A stretch of DNA of 33,400 nt from Candidatus Micrarchaeota archaeon (GCA_038046805.1 JBBSVO010000002.1:114445-147844), one strand, 5' to 3'; shown: positions 1-9,347, numbered from the stretch's first letter. Numbers and translations: made by a program. Notes: a model not told the origin generated them from the sequence alone.

Positions 1-963
1 TGTCCATCTGGAACATCCTGCAAGGATGGTGCATGTGTTGCAGGAACAAATTCCTGCAGTGATTCTGATGGGGGCACTGATTTAACTATCAAGGGTACTG
101 TAACTGCAACAGGAGCAGATGGAAAAGTCAACAAATCAACTGATTTCTGCAGTGGCACTGCGAATATATTGGAAATGTCTTGTAATACTAATAATATGAA
201 TAAAACCAGTTGGGAGTCCTGCCCTTTAGGTTCCTCATGCAAGGATGGTGCATGCGTAGCTGACGAAGATGACGGTCCAAGTACTCCAACAGTTAAATGC
301 ACTGTTTCGAATTCACCTGCAACAACATCCAAGAAGAATAAGGTTACCTGTACAAACGGAACCGTTGTTGAGGACTTTTGCATTGACAACTCAACTCTGT
401 CTGATTACAAGGTCAAGAAAGACTTGATAAGCCAGTCCACGATAAAGTGCGGCGCTGGCAAGATATGTTCTAATGGGTTATGCAAGAAAAAGCCAGTTTC
501 AGATGAGGGCGCTGATCTGTCCTGCACTGATTCGGATGGCGGCATTGCAACCGCAGTGAAGGGCTCCATTTCATATAAGGAACTGTATGCAACTGAGCCA
601 ACAGTTGAATATGACAGCTGCAAGGACACTCTCAATGTTTATGAAAAATACTGCAGCAACAAAAAGCCAAAGACAAAGAAGGTGAAATGTCCTGCATACA
701 TGGTATGTACGGATGGTGCCTGTGTTGATGAGGATACTGCTGGTTCTGCGAGTTCCGATAACGCGGGACAGCTGAAGAAAAAATCTCCTCTTAGGGAATT
801 CCTCATGGCCGCGTTGTTTAATGACTATGCGTATCTATACGCGCCATCAACCGATGCAAAATCAAGAATGGCAAAAAGCTGGAAGATTGGAAGCGGGAAT
901 CTTCTTTCCGAAATCTTCCTGTATGATTTTGAGCCGGTTGAGATTGGAAATCCGCCGGAATAA
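1..963 (+). CDS. Cys-rich repeat extracellular protein (CxDSDGG...DxC...ExxC...C...CxxGAC domains), 5'-truncated by window edge
   Basis: Frame of ORF 169..963 is open from base 1 (CPSGTSCKDGACV...SCSDSDGG...). Repeated six-Cys modules end in CxDGAC. Confidence 0.8.
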   Translation, partial: CPSGTSCKDGACVAGTNSCSDSDGGTDLTIKGTVTATGADGKVNKSTDFCSGTANILEMSCNTNNMNKTSWESCPLGSSCKDGACVADEDDGPSTPTVKCTVSNSPATTSKKNKVTCTNGTVVEDFCIDNSTLSDYKVKKDLISQSTIKCGAGKICSNGLCKKKPVSDEGADLSCTDSDGGIATAVKGSISYKELYATEPTVEYDSCKDTLNVYEKYCSNKKPKTKKVKCPAYMVCTDGACVDEDTAGSASSDNAGQLKKKSPLREFLMAALFNDYAYLYAPSTDAKSRMAKSWKIGSGNLLSEIFLYDFEPVEIGNPPE

Positions 964-1025
964 AGTTGTTTGGAGTTTCAATCCAAACACTTCCCTTTTT
1001 ATTCTTTATTTTCGTAGCCTTTAGC

Positions 1026-3758
1026 ATGAGCACAACCCCTCTTCGTCCGAAAATCATGTTTGGATTGTTTTTTGTCCTGGTTATGTTATCTGCTTCTTTT
1101 GCAGTTAATTCTCTTACTTCGCCTTCTATCGTTGCCGGAGCGCCGTCCGTAGACAATTCGCAACCGGTTACATGTGTTGATCCTGCAAATTCAAAAACAG
1201 CCGAAGAAAAAGACGAAGTAACCTGTACAAACGGAACTGTTGTGGTTGATTATTGTCTTGGTTCAACCGCGGTGTTGGAATACCATATTATACCCACATC
1301 AAAGCAACTTACCTCGACACAAATGCCTTGCAAAGCCGGCACAGTTTGTTATGATGGGGCATGCATGTTTCCAAATGAAGCAAAGGCATTGGAAAAAGAT
1401 GCAGATCCAACTGTGCAGGTTTCAGCTTCATGCACGGACAGTGATAACGGGCAAAACACCGAAGTCTCAGGAACGATGGACTATCTTTTCAAACAGGGTG
1501 GCTGGAGCTATGCGCATACATTCAAAGACCAGTGTGCAGATAGCGGTTCGGTTTTGGAAAGATATTGCGATTCTGGAAAAGGTAAGAACATAACTCTGTC
1601 GTGTGCGACAGGTTCTTCGTGTTCAAATGGAGCTTGCGTAAAATCTTCGATTCCAGCACCTTCTGTTTCCGCATCAAGTTCTGTTCCAGGCAGCATTGTT
1701 GATCCTGCAGTTGAAACTCCAGTAAGTTGTACGGACAGTGATGGCGGAAAAAATAATCTTATTGCTGGTTCCGTAAACTACGCGTTCACAAAAGGGGCGC
1801 AGAGTTATACTGTGAATCTTGTTGACAAATGCATTAATGACAATGTAAATGTTTCCGAGAATTATTGCGATTCAAAGAACAAGGCGCATACGATTTCGCT
1901 TCCGTGCGAGGCTGGTTCTTCCTGTGTAAGTGGTGCCTGTGTAAAATCATCCGCGTCCTCGTTTCCAGCACCTTCTGTTTCCGCATCAAGTTCGGTTCCA
2001 ACGAGCGGTTCAACAAACAACAACGAGCAGATTATAGGTAACAATGTTTATTCCTGCGTTGATAGTGATGGCGGCAAAGACAATATTTTCAAAGCAGGAA
2101 CTTCTATAAGATACAAAAATAGTTCTATTGATTTCACGGTTCAAGAAGTATGTGTATCTGAAACCCAAGTAATGGAAGCCCATTGCGATGGAATAAATCC
2201 GGTATTTTCAAATCCAGATGGTGAAACCTGTCCAGAAAATTATGTTTGCAAATCCGGTGCGTGTATTAATTTATCAGAACCTTCAGTTTCAGAGCCAGTT
2301 ACTTCAGAAACCACGCCTCCATTAACAGCATCTGCTTCATCTTCGGTTTCTACAAATGCTTCAAAACCAACAGCAAAATCCATAGTTCCTTCAGGACCAT
2401 CGCTGGTCAAACCTCCAACTACCTCCGGGCCAAGTACAACCAAACCCACAATTCCTTCACTGCCTTCAATTTCCTCATTACCATTAACAGCATCTTCTCC
2501 GTCTTCGGTTTCTTCGAATGCTTCATCATCGGTTACAACTACTGAAGCAGCACCAGCAGAACCATTACCAGCCGAAATAAAAACTCCGTTCGCAGACAAA
2601 AAAATTGCGAATTGTAAAAAGAGCGGCGGGGAAAGCATCTACAGAAAAGACAAGATAACCTGGACGGCATATATCGGTTCTTCCGTAACGCCATCAGTGA
2701 ATGAAGACACGTGCACTTCAGATACGCGGGTAGCCGAATGGGCATGTGCTAGTGACAGCTCCCCGATAATAAAATATATTGATTGTCCATCAGGTTATTC
2801 CTGTTCTGATGGCGCTTGCTTACTGAATCCGCGTTCAGCTGGAGAAAAGCCAGATGCTTCATCTGTCCCGTCTTCGGTTTCTACAACTGCTTCACAACCA
2901 CGCCCGATGGCAAACAAGTCTATAACTCCCAAATCCGTAACTCCTTCGACCGCTTCAGCTCCAACCGCCAGGCCGCGTGACTCTTCAGTAGTTTCAGAAG
3001 AAACTTCAGATGTATCTTCAACTGAATCATCATCCGTTTGCCGTGATAATGACGGTGGATTAGAATACAGAATCGCTGGCAGGGTCACATGTACCGATGG
3101 ACTAAGTTTTGAAGATAATTGTGCTGATTCAAGAATCCTGGTTGAATATTACGAGCGCGGGGGAGAAATGAAATCCACGCGCGTAATATGCTCACGGGTT
3201 GCAGAAGGTTATTCCTGTGTTCGCGGGGCTTGTGCAAAATCCGATTCAGTTGTTCCGCAATCAACAGCGACAACTCCAACTGCAAGGGATGTTGTTTCAA
3301 AAGGAATCTCCCAATCTGTTATTCCAACGGTTTCTTCCAGTGTTCCGCCAAAAGCAGAGCTTAGATACGAATGTGCTGACTCTGATGGCGGCATGGATAT
3401 CAAAACCAAGGGAAACACGCGCGAGGCATTGATAACCGAAGACGGAACAAGAACCGAAGTAGCGTTTCAGGATGCTTGTGATGGCGATATGCGCGTTCGG
3501 GAATATTTCTGTTCAGGAAACCGTGCAAAATCCAAAACAATGCGTTGCAGTATGGCTGAAAAATGCAGCGACGGAATCTGCGTGCGATCTTCAGAGGTGC
3601 GAGAGACTTCATCCACAACTTCATCTACAACGTCATCCGCAACTTCCGGATCCTCAACCTCAAGAGTCTCAACATCGCGTGATTCATCTACAAGGCGTGG
3701 AAATGTGCTCACCACCTGGGATACTTCTCCCGTCGATGAGCTGGTAAGACGTCGATAG
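1026..3758 (+). CDS. Secreted protein with seven six-Cys repeat domains separated by S/T/P-rich linkers
   Basis: ATG at 1026 followed by a signal-peptide-like stretch (KIMFGLFFVLVMLSASFA). Seven CxDSDGG/CxxGAC-type modules. No C-terminal TM segment seen. Confidence 0.85.
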   Translation: MSTTPLRPKIMFGLFFVLVMLSASFAVNSLTSPSIVAGAPSVDNSQPVTCVDPANSKTAEEKDEVTCTNGTVVVDYCLGSTAVLEYHIIPTSKQLTSTQMPCKAGTVCYDGACMFPNEAKALEKDADPTVQVSASCTDSDNGQNTEVSGTMDYLFKQGGWSYAHTFKDQCADSGSVLERYCDSGKGKNITLSCATGSSCSNGACVKSSIPAPSVSASSSVPGSIVDPAVETPVSCTDSDGGKNNLIAGSVNYAFTKGAQSYTVNLVDKCINDNVNVSENYCDSKNKAHTISLPCEAGSSCVSGACVKSSASSFPAPSVSASSSVPTSGSTNNNEQIIGNNVYSCVDSDGGKDNIFKAGTSIRYKNSSIDFTVQEVCVSETQVMEAHCDGINPVFSNPDGETCPENYVCKSGACINLSEPSVSEPVTSETTPPLTASASSSVSTNASKPTAKSIVPSGPSLVKPPTTSGPSTTKPTIPSLPSISSLPLTASSPSSVSSNASSSVTTTEAAPAEPLPAEIKTPFADKKIANCKKSGGESIYRKDKITWTAYIGSSVTPSVNEDTCTSDTRVAEWACASDSSPIIKYIDCPSGYSCSDGACLLNPRSAGEKPDASSVPSSVSTTASQPRPMANKSITPKSVTPSTASAPTARPRDSSVVSEETSDVSSTESSSVCRDNDGGLEYRIAGRVTCTDGLSFEDNCADSRILVEYYERGGEMKSTRVICSRVAEGYSCVRGACAKSDSVVPQSTATTPTARDVVSKGISQSVIPTVSSSVPPKAELRYECADSDGGMDIKTKGNTREALITEDGTRTEVAFQDACDGDMRVREYFCSGNRAKSKTMRCSMAEKCSDGICVRSSEVRETSSTTSSTTSSATSGSSTSRVSTSRDSSTRRGNVLTTWDTSPVDELVRRR
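1651..1993 (+). repeat. 31-bp exact direct repeat inside the Cys-repeat gene (1651-1681 and 1963-1993)
   Basis: ttccagcaccttctgtttccgcatcaagttc occurs twice and encodes the PAPSVSASSS linker. Confidence 0.9.
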
Positions 3759-3794
3759 CTTTTTCGCCGAATGCCGTAGTGCCCTAGCGTTAGG

Positions 3795-3830
3795 TTTATA
3801 AACTTAATCGTCGTGGGTTATCTCGGTGAT
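3795..3830 (+). promoter_or_regulatory. Archaeal TATA box and Shine-Dalgarno for the 3836 ORF
   Basis: tttataaa at 3795-3802; ggtgat at 3825-3830, 5 nt before the ATG. Confidence 0.6.
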
Positions 3831-3835
3831 TTACC

Positions 3836-4186
3836 ATGGATGAGAAAATAGGTGAATATGCGTTTATTCTTGGTGTAGTGCTGTCCCTTATCATAGGGGT
3901 ATTCTCAGCACAGGTTGAGGCATACCAGACTTTGATCCTGGGAGCACTTGCGATTTTGGGTCTGATTGTCGGTGTATTGAATATTACTGACAAGGAGATC
4001 TACAACTTCCTTATTGCAACCATTGCTCTTCTTGCAGCGGCAAGCTCTGTCAGTGCATTGGGTTCAATTCTTGGAACGGAAGTGGGCAGCATGATAATTG
4101 GTTTCGTTGGCGGATTGGCTGCCTTCGTATCTCCGGCTGCAGTAGTTGTTGCGCTTAAAGGCGTTTACAATATGGCAAGCAAGTAA
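3836..4186 (+). CDS. Small multi-pass membrane protein, function unknown
   Basis: 116 aa with about 4 hydrophobic helices, a good SD, and a T-rich tract after the stop. Confidence 0.85.
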   Translation: MDEKIGEYAFILGVVLSLIIGVFSAQVEAYQTLILGALAILGLIVGVLNITDKEIYNFLIATIALLAAASSVSALGSILGTEVGSMIIGFVGGLAAFVSPAAVVVALKGVYNMASK

Positions 4187-4188
4187 GC

Positions 4189-4228
4189 TTGCTTTTCTTT
4201 CTTTTTTATTTTAATTTTTTTATCTTTT
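4189..4228 (+). terminator. Oligo-T archaeal terminator-like tract
   Basis: Several T-runs immediately after the TAA at 4184-4186. Confidence 0.5.
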
Positions 4229-4320
4229 ACGTTTGTGCCATACATTCATTACCTTTTTATATTCTTCTCTTTATTATACTTTTTATGACAGTTCAAAAAT
4301 TTAGGCCTTTTATTCCATTT

Positions 4321-4878
4321 ATGGCAAGAGAGCCAAGTTTTGTCCGCTTTTTAGGTCGTAAAGATAGGGACGCATTCACTCCTCCACAAGGCGTATCTGG
4401 AGTTGTATTAAACGAATCCATTCCTGATCCCCGTAAATTCCATGATTTTGTTCAGGGAGTTTCTGTTGCTGAAAATTTAGGTGTGGGTGGTAAGATTGCC
4501 GTAGGTTTGGAAGTTGCCCGTGCGGTTAAAACTACCTATGGATCAAATAGGAATATGGGATTTGACGTCGTTCGGGTTCATCTTTCGGATGGTTCAAAAC
4601 TTATGGTTGTCTGCAGTTCATGTATCATCGCATTAGAAGATAAAATCGTTCAAGATCAGGGTTCGTTTCGTATGGTCGATACTGTAACTCACTTAAATGT
4701 ATTTGCTTTACAGACGAATTTAAATCACGAGGGTATTATAGGTGTATATCCTGCTCAGGGAGTGCTAGTTGATTTGAGGTCTGCTCCAAGAAAATCTTTA
4801 GTCTTCACCAAACCATTACCCTTGGCTGCAGTTAGGCCATCCTTTGGTCCAGAAGGAATGGGTGTATTTAGATTTTAG
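4321..4878 (+). CDS. Hypothetical protein (start 4285 or 4321)
   Basis: Long ORF with globular composition from MAREPSF. The upstream extension in the track is T-rich terminator sequence. Confidence 0.6.
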   Translation: MAREPSFVRFLGRKDRDAFTPPQGVSGVVLNESIPDPRKFHDFVQGVSVAENLGVGGKIAVGLEVARAVKTTYGSNRNMGFDVVRVHLSDGSKLMVVCSSCIIALEDKIVQDQGSFRMVDTVTHLNVFALQTNLNHEGIIGVYPAQGVLVDLRSAPRKSLVFTKPLPLAAVRPSFGPEGMGVFRF

Positions 4879-5192
4879 TCTGGAACAAGATCCTACTCAT
4901 TGTTACCGCATGACAGTTCGAACTCCTCACCCAGATTCAATTATTGCGTTCATGTCTGTTGTAGAAAAGCAAGTCCGTAGCTTGTTCTTCGGAGACTTTT
5001 ATAATGGACTAGTTAATATGGCTTCGTCGCTTTTGGGAATCATTGAATCCAAGTAATTTTTCATTAATCTCTTTTTTTATTTTACTCCTCTGCTTTTTTA
5101 GAGCGTACAAACCAAAAACTTATTTGGTTCGCTGTATGAGGTCCGGCTTTATTTTTACGTCGTTCTCCCATATTATTCCTCGTTTTCCGAGA

Positions 5193-5209
5193 CCGAAAGC
5201 ATTTATAAA
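5193..5209 (+). promoter_or_regulatory. BRE/TATA promoter of the 23S rRNA transcript
   Basis: ccgaaag(ca)tttataaa about 150 nt before the 23S 5' end, followed by a gctcac/gtgagc hairpin near the expected start site. Confidence 0.65.
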
Positions 5210-5313
5210 CATATGTGTTCCTAATATTAGCTCACCGAACGAGTGAGCGCAATTTATGTGCAATGAATTTGTAAGGTTAGTGTGCTTCTTCTCTAATAGA
5301 AGCGAAACGACTA

Positions 5314-5354
5314 TGAAGTGACTGTAAGGAAGTCTATAATGTGAGTTTATAATT
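5314..5354 (+). other. 5' arm of the 23S pre-rRNA processing stem
   Basis: tgaagtgactgtaa (5314-5327) is the exact reverse complement of ttacagtcacttca (9795-9808). ggaag/cttcc, tataat/gttata and taatt/aatta extend the pairing. Confidence 0.8.
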
Positions 5355-7292
5355 TAAACCAGATATGCAAATGCTATAATCCATGTAGTGGATGGCTAGG
5401 CTGGCAACCACAAGGTCCCGCGGTAAGCGGCGAAACGTCCGGAGTAGGCGCATGCAGCCCGTGATCCCGGAATAGGACGGTGCCCAGGAATGGGCAACAT
5501 TACTCCCTGAAATGAAGCGTCTTAGTAGGGGATGGAAAAGAAATCAATAGAGACCCGGTTAGTAACAGCGAGTGAACGCCGGTCAGATCGCGCTGAATAT
5601 TCTGCAGTAATGCAGATAAGATGTGGCGGGGAGCATCCGTTTTTTGAGCTGAACTTGTCTGGAACGACAGGCCATAGCGAGTGATAGCCTCTTAAGCGAA
5701 GGGAAACGGAGCGATCCAAAAAGAGTAGTGCCTCCTGGATAGGTGGTATGAATATAGGGGTATCAACCTCTAAATCTAAGTATGAGTGTGCCAGACCGAT
5801 AGCGAATTTAGTATCGCGAGAGAATGCTGAAAAGTACCGCGAGAGCGGTGTCAAAAGAACCTGAAATTACATGGAGACATTACGATACGGCGCAAAAGAA
5901 TCGACCTTCCTGGAAGTTAGGTTTCGTAAGGAACTGTACGACAGGGAGTATCAGCGTTGTGTCTTACTTCTCGAAGCAAGTGCCAAGGAGTTATCGGGCG
6001 TGGCGAGATGAAAATCGAAGCGAAAGCGAGTGCCCGCAAGAAATGAGGGGTGTCGTGCGAAAGCGCGATCAGTCACTCCCGATAGACCCGAAGCCGTTGT
6101 GATCTACTCCCGGCCAGGATGAAGCCATTCTGACGAATGGTGGAGGTCCGAATCCAGTTCTGGTATATTCCGTTTGGGTGAGCTGGGTGTAGGGGTGATA
6201 GTCCAATCGAACACGGCGATAGCGGGTTCCCTCCGAAATGTCCCTCAGGACAGCGTCCCTAGAGGATGATGCGGCGGTAGAGCACTGATTAGGGGGAATG
6301 GCCTCGAAAGGGGTCGCCTTCTTCTCAAACTCCGAATGCCGTTTCTCCAAAGAAGGGGGCAGTCGGGTTTCACGGGGTAAGCCCGTGAGCCCTTACGGGA
6401 ACGACCGTACGTGGGGTTAAGGACCCTAAATGCTGGTTAAGTGTTAATCGTAAAGGAGCGTCCATCCTAAAACAATCGGGATGTAGGCTTAGAAGCAGCC
6501 ATCATTCAAACAACGCGTAATAGCGGACCGATCGAGGGTGCACGTTCTGAAAATTGACGGGGCTAAACCAGCTTCCGATACCTCACCAGCGCCAAAAGCG
6601 CATGAGTAGGTGGGCGATCGGGTTGCGTAGAAGTCGGGCAGTAATGTCCGATGGAGCGACCTGATATGAATATCTTGGTGTTAGTAGCAGCATATCTAGG
6701 TGAGAATCCTGGACGCCGAAAGAGCACGGATTCCTTAGCAATGTTTGTCAGCTGAGGGTTAGTCGGTCCTAAGGGGTTAGGTAAATCCGAAACTCCGAAA
6801 GGGAAATCGGTTAATATTCCGATACTATAACAGTAGGTTTGCGGAAACGCACGCCGTTTCTTAGACGCCTTGAGATATGTAGAGCATCGCGAGATGTCTG
6901 TAGGCAGTAACTCTGTGGAGTCTCATTATGAGGAGAAGCAGATGAAAGCCGAAGGGGTAACTCTATCGATTCTTGGGGCCCATGAAAATAAGAGCGGAAC
7001 GACCTGTTATACCCGTACCTAGAACTAATACAGGTGTCTCTAGCTTAAAAGGCTAAGGCGTGGCAGGACAACCCAGGTAAGGGAACTCGGCAAGATAGTC
7101 CCGTAACTTAGGAAGAAGGGATGCCTTCGCCTGCGTAAGGCGGAGGTCGCAGATACAAGGGGAGAGCGACTGTTTATCAAAAACACAGGTCATCGCAGGT
7201 TCGAAAGGATGTGTATGATGGCTGACGCCTGCCCACTGCCAGTACCTGAAACCGGGTTTCAACCCGAAGAAAGGCTGGTAAAGAGCGGGGGT

Positions 7293-7898
7293 TTCTGTAT
7301 CTCTCTCAATAAGAATAAAAAACGTGTCTGAGAATTACTTGCATGAAGTCAGATGAGGCATATTTTTTGGGAGCACTTGGAGACGCTTATCTTGATTTTA
7401 AGCGTAACGAAGTGCAAATTTACCAAAAAGATGTTGAATGGCTTGAGTATTTGAACGAAATATTGTTCCGAATGATTGGTGAAAGAGGCAGATTATTCAA
7501 ACGGGATGTTTTTATGCTCCGTAAACGGAGTAAGAAACTTTTTCTGATATTGAAAAAATTGCTTAATGAACCTATTCAACATGGGGAATATTTTGTTGCA
7601 GGTTGGTTTGACAGCGAAGGAAGTGTTTATCTATCTACAAAATCAAAAATTCCCGTAGTGGATATAACACAATCTGAAAAAGGCCTTTCTGTTTTAAACA
7701 ATTGCAAGCAAATTCTCGACGGACTAGGAATAAAAAATTTCTTAAATGGTCCGTACAAACATTGGAATTCGAAGTTGAAAACATACCATCTTCGTGTCTA
7801 TGGAAAACACGCGAGGTTATTCTTTTTGCGGATTCCATTAATCCACAAGGAGAAAAAGGCACGTTTTAAAAAATTCTTAGGAGAGATGCAGACCTCAA
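7293..7898 (+). mobile_element. 23S intron 1 (606 nt, BHB-type, after ~E. coli U1911) carrying a LAGLIDADG ORF
   Basis: Exons rejoin as GGGGGU|AACUCUGACC. Stem tctgtatctctc/gagagatgcaga, central helix gggg/cctc, and bulges gt^t and aa^a place the cuts at exactly these ends. Confidence 0.92.
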
Positions 7899-7906
7899 AA
7901 CTCTGA
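7343..7906 (+). CDS. Intron-encoded double-motif LAGLIDADG homing endonuclease (sense)
   Basis: Motifs AYFLGALGDA and YFVAGWFDSEGS. AT-rich ORF inside intron 1; the genomic stop lies in the downstream exon. Confidence 0.88.
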   Translation: MKSDEAYFLGALGDAYLDFKRNEVQIYQKDVEWLEYLNEILFRMIGERGRLFKRDVFMLRKRSKKLFLILKKLLNEPIQHGEYFVAGWFDSEGSVYLSTKSKIPVVDITQSEKGLSVLNNCKQILDGLGIKNFLNGPYKHWNSKLKTYHLRVYGKHARLFFLRIPLIHKEKKARFKKFLGEMQTSKL

Positions 7907-7914
7907 CCCTCTTA

Positions 7915-7958
7915 GACCTTCCATGCTTTTTATTTTGCATGGCAGGGGTCGTGGAGAT
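7915..7958 (+). other. 23S mini-intron 2 (44 nt, canonical BHB, after ~A1927)
   Basis: Exons rejoin as CUCUUA|AGGUAGCG. Outer helix acc/ggt, central helix ctct/ggag, bulges ta^g and at^a, internal ccatgc/gcatgg hairpin. Confidence 0.92.
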
Positions 7959-8272
7959 AGGTAGCGTAATACCTCGCCGCTTAATTGGCGGCTTGCATGA
8001 ATGGCGTAACGCCTCTCCCACTGTCCCTACTTGGGACCTGGTGAACTCACTGCCCGGTGAAGATGCCGGGGACTTCCAGAGGGAAACGAAGACTCCATGG
8101 AGCTTTACTATAGCCTGACGTTGTAATAATGGATTTATTACCGAGCGTAATTGGGAGCGTCGAAACGGTGCTTCCGGGCATCGTGAATGCGAAAGTGAAA
8201 CACCAATTAATAGATTTATTATTGCTTACCCGCAAGGGAACAGCATCAGGTTGATAGTTTGGCTGGGTGTCT

Positions 8273-8908
8273 TTAGGAGTAAGAACAACAAGAGTCCAAT
8301 AATTCGTTCTTAGTCCGTCCCACATTGACAGAACTTGATTGAACTACTGTACTTTCTGGCAGGAATCGAATTTGTGAAGCGAATTTTTTAATTTCGCTCA
8401 TTCTATTAATTCGAATTCCTTTAGGAGTTACCAAACTTTGTATATCAAGAGTTTGAAGAAGTTCTGAAAGTTGCTGTTTTATGTTGGGATGTACGCATGC
8501 GATTTCTATCACGGCCTTATGGTCTTTGTCAGAATAAATACAACCATCTGACGAAGCGTAGGTCTGAAGAAATACAATTGCTAAATTTCTGTTCGTGAAT
8601 ATCTCTTGAGGAATGCACGTCTTTGGGTATTCTCCATCTTTAAAGCGAAGAGTTCTAAACGATGGTGAATAAGTAAAAAGATGTTTCGCAATCTTCTTAG
8701 AGAAAAAGCGAACAGAAGTGGCATTCTTACATTTGTTTTTAGAAAATTTTTGAATGCCAAAACATTGTTTGACTAAGAATTTGAATTTTTCGAGCATCTG
8801 CTCGTTCTTATTTGTGAACTGAATACAGAAGGTTCGTTTGCTTTTATCGTAATATGCCGAACCATCCGAAATCAGGAATCCAATAAGCGCGGCAAGATTC
8901 TCGTCCAT
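8273..8908 (-). CDS. Double-motif LAGLIDADG homing endonuclease encoded antisense to the rRNA
   Basis: Motifs LAALIGFLISDGS and FLQTYASSDGC. Intact 211 aa ORF wholly inside intron 3. Confidence 0.9.
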   Translation of the reverse strand: MDENLAALIGFLISDGSAYYDKSKRTFCIQFTNKNEQMLEKFKFLVKQCFGIQKFSKNKCKNATSVRFFSKKIAKHLFTYSPSFRTLRFKDGEYPKTCIPQEIFTNRNLAIVFLQTYASSDGCIYSDKDHKAVIEIACVHPNIKQQLSELLQTLDIQSLVTPKGIRINRMSEIKKFASQIRFLPESTVVQSSSVNVGRTKNELLDSCCSYS

Positions 8909-8930
8909 ATTTCGATAATATCATTTGTTA

Positions 8931-8947
8931 ATTTATATGACTTTTGC
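8931..8947 (-). promoter_or_regulatory. Intron-internal BRE/TATA driving the antisense endonuclease (leaderless)
   Basis: The minus strand reads gcaaaag-tc-atataaat, with the TATA 23-30 nt upstream of the ATG at 8908. Confidence 0.6.
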
Positions 8948-9172
8948 TTACTCCTCTAGACCAGCAAGCGGTACGCCCTCGAAAAGGAAACAAGGGCGCC
9001 CAATGCTCTGCTCAGTCCGGTCAGAAATCGGATGTAGAGAGTTAAAGGCAAATGCAGGGCTGACTGTATTCTTAAAAGCGTGGAATGCAGAGAGGAAACT
9101 CGGGCTTAACGAACCTTGATATCCCTTTGATGAGGATTCAAGCTGTCAGACAAGCTACCCTGGAGGTAACAG

Positions 9173-9214
9173 TGTTCGTATGACCTAGCGTTAGCTAGTT
9201 CTATGAGCGTTAAG
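9173..9214 (+). other. 23S mini-intron 4 (42 nt, BHB, after ~G2454 in the PTC ring)
   Basis: Exons rejoin as UAACAG|GCUCGUCGCGGG. Central helix taac/gtta, bulges ag^t and ag^g, inner stem gttcgta/tatgagc. Confidence 0.9.
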
Positions 9215-9237
9215 GCTCGTCGCGGGTGAGAGTACAC

Positions 9238-9290
9238 ACGTGACGATTGTCTTCGTTATAACTATAACTATACAATCGCACAACGTATAA
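9238..9290 (+). other. 23S mini-intron 5 (53 nt, bulge-helix-loop, H89 after ~2477)
   Basis: Exons rejoin as GAGAGUACAC|AUCGAC. Central helix gtac/gtat, 3' bulge aa^a, inner stems gtg/cac and cgattgt/acaatcg. Ends are uncertain by 1-2 nt. Confidence 0.85.
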
Positions 9291-9347
9291 ATCGACCCCG
9301 CGGTTTGGTACATCGCTGTCGGCTTGGGACATCCTGGTCGTGCAGGA

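Larger units (their letters stand above)
8268..8967 (+). mobile_element. 23S intron 3 (700 nt, canonical BHB, in the P-loop after ~G2252) carrying an antisense LAGLIDADG ORF
   Basis: Exons rejoin as GGCUGGG|GCGGUACG. Central helix gctg/cagc, bulges gg^t and aa^g, inner stems gtct/agac and aggagtaag/cttactcct. Confidence 0.93.

Noticed and set aside
4844..5246. Small ORFs 4844-5056 and 5043-5246
   Set aside because: No recognisable motifs and weak starts. The second spans T-rich and promoter DNA. The first cannot be excluded but is unsupported.
7293..8967. Group I intron interpretation of the two large inserts
   Set aside because: The ORFs fill nearly the whole insert, neither ends in G, there is no room for a catalytic core, and BHB motifs explain the ends.
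9259..9268. taactataac in mini-intron 5, resembling the bacterial H69/I-CeuI site start
   Set aside because: It is explained by a local tataac tandem repeat, and the rest of the site is absent.
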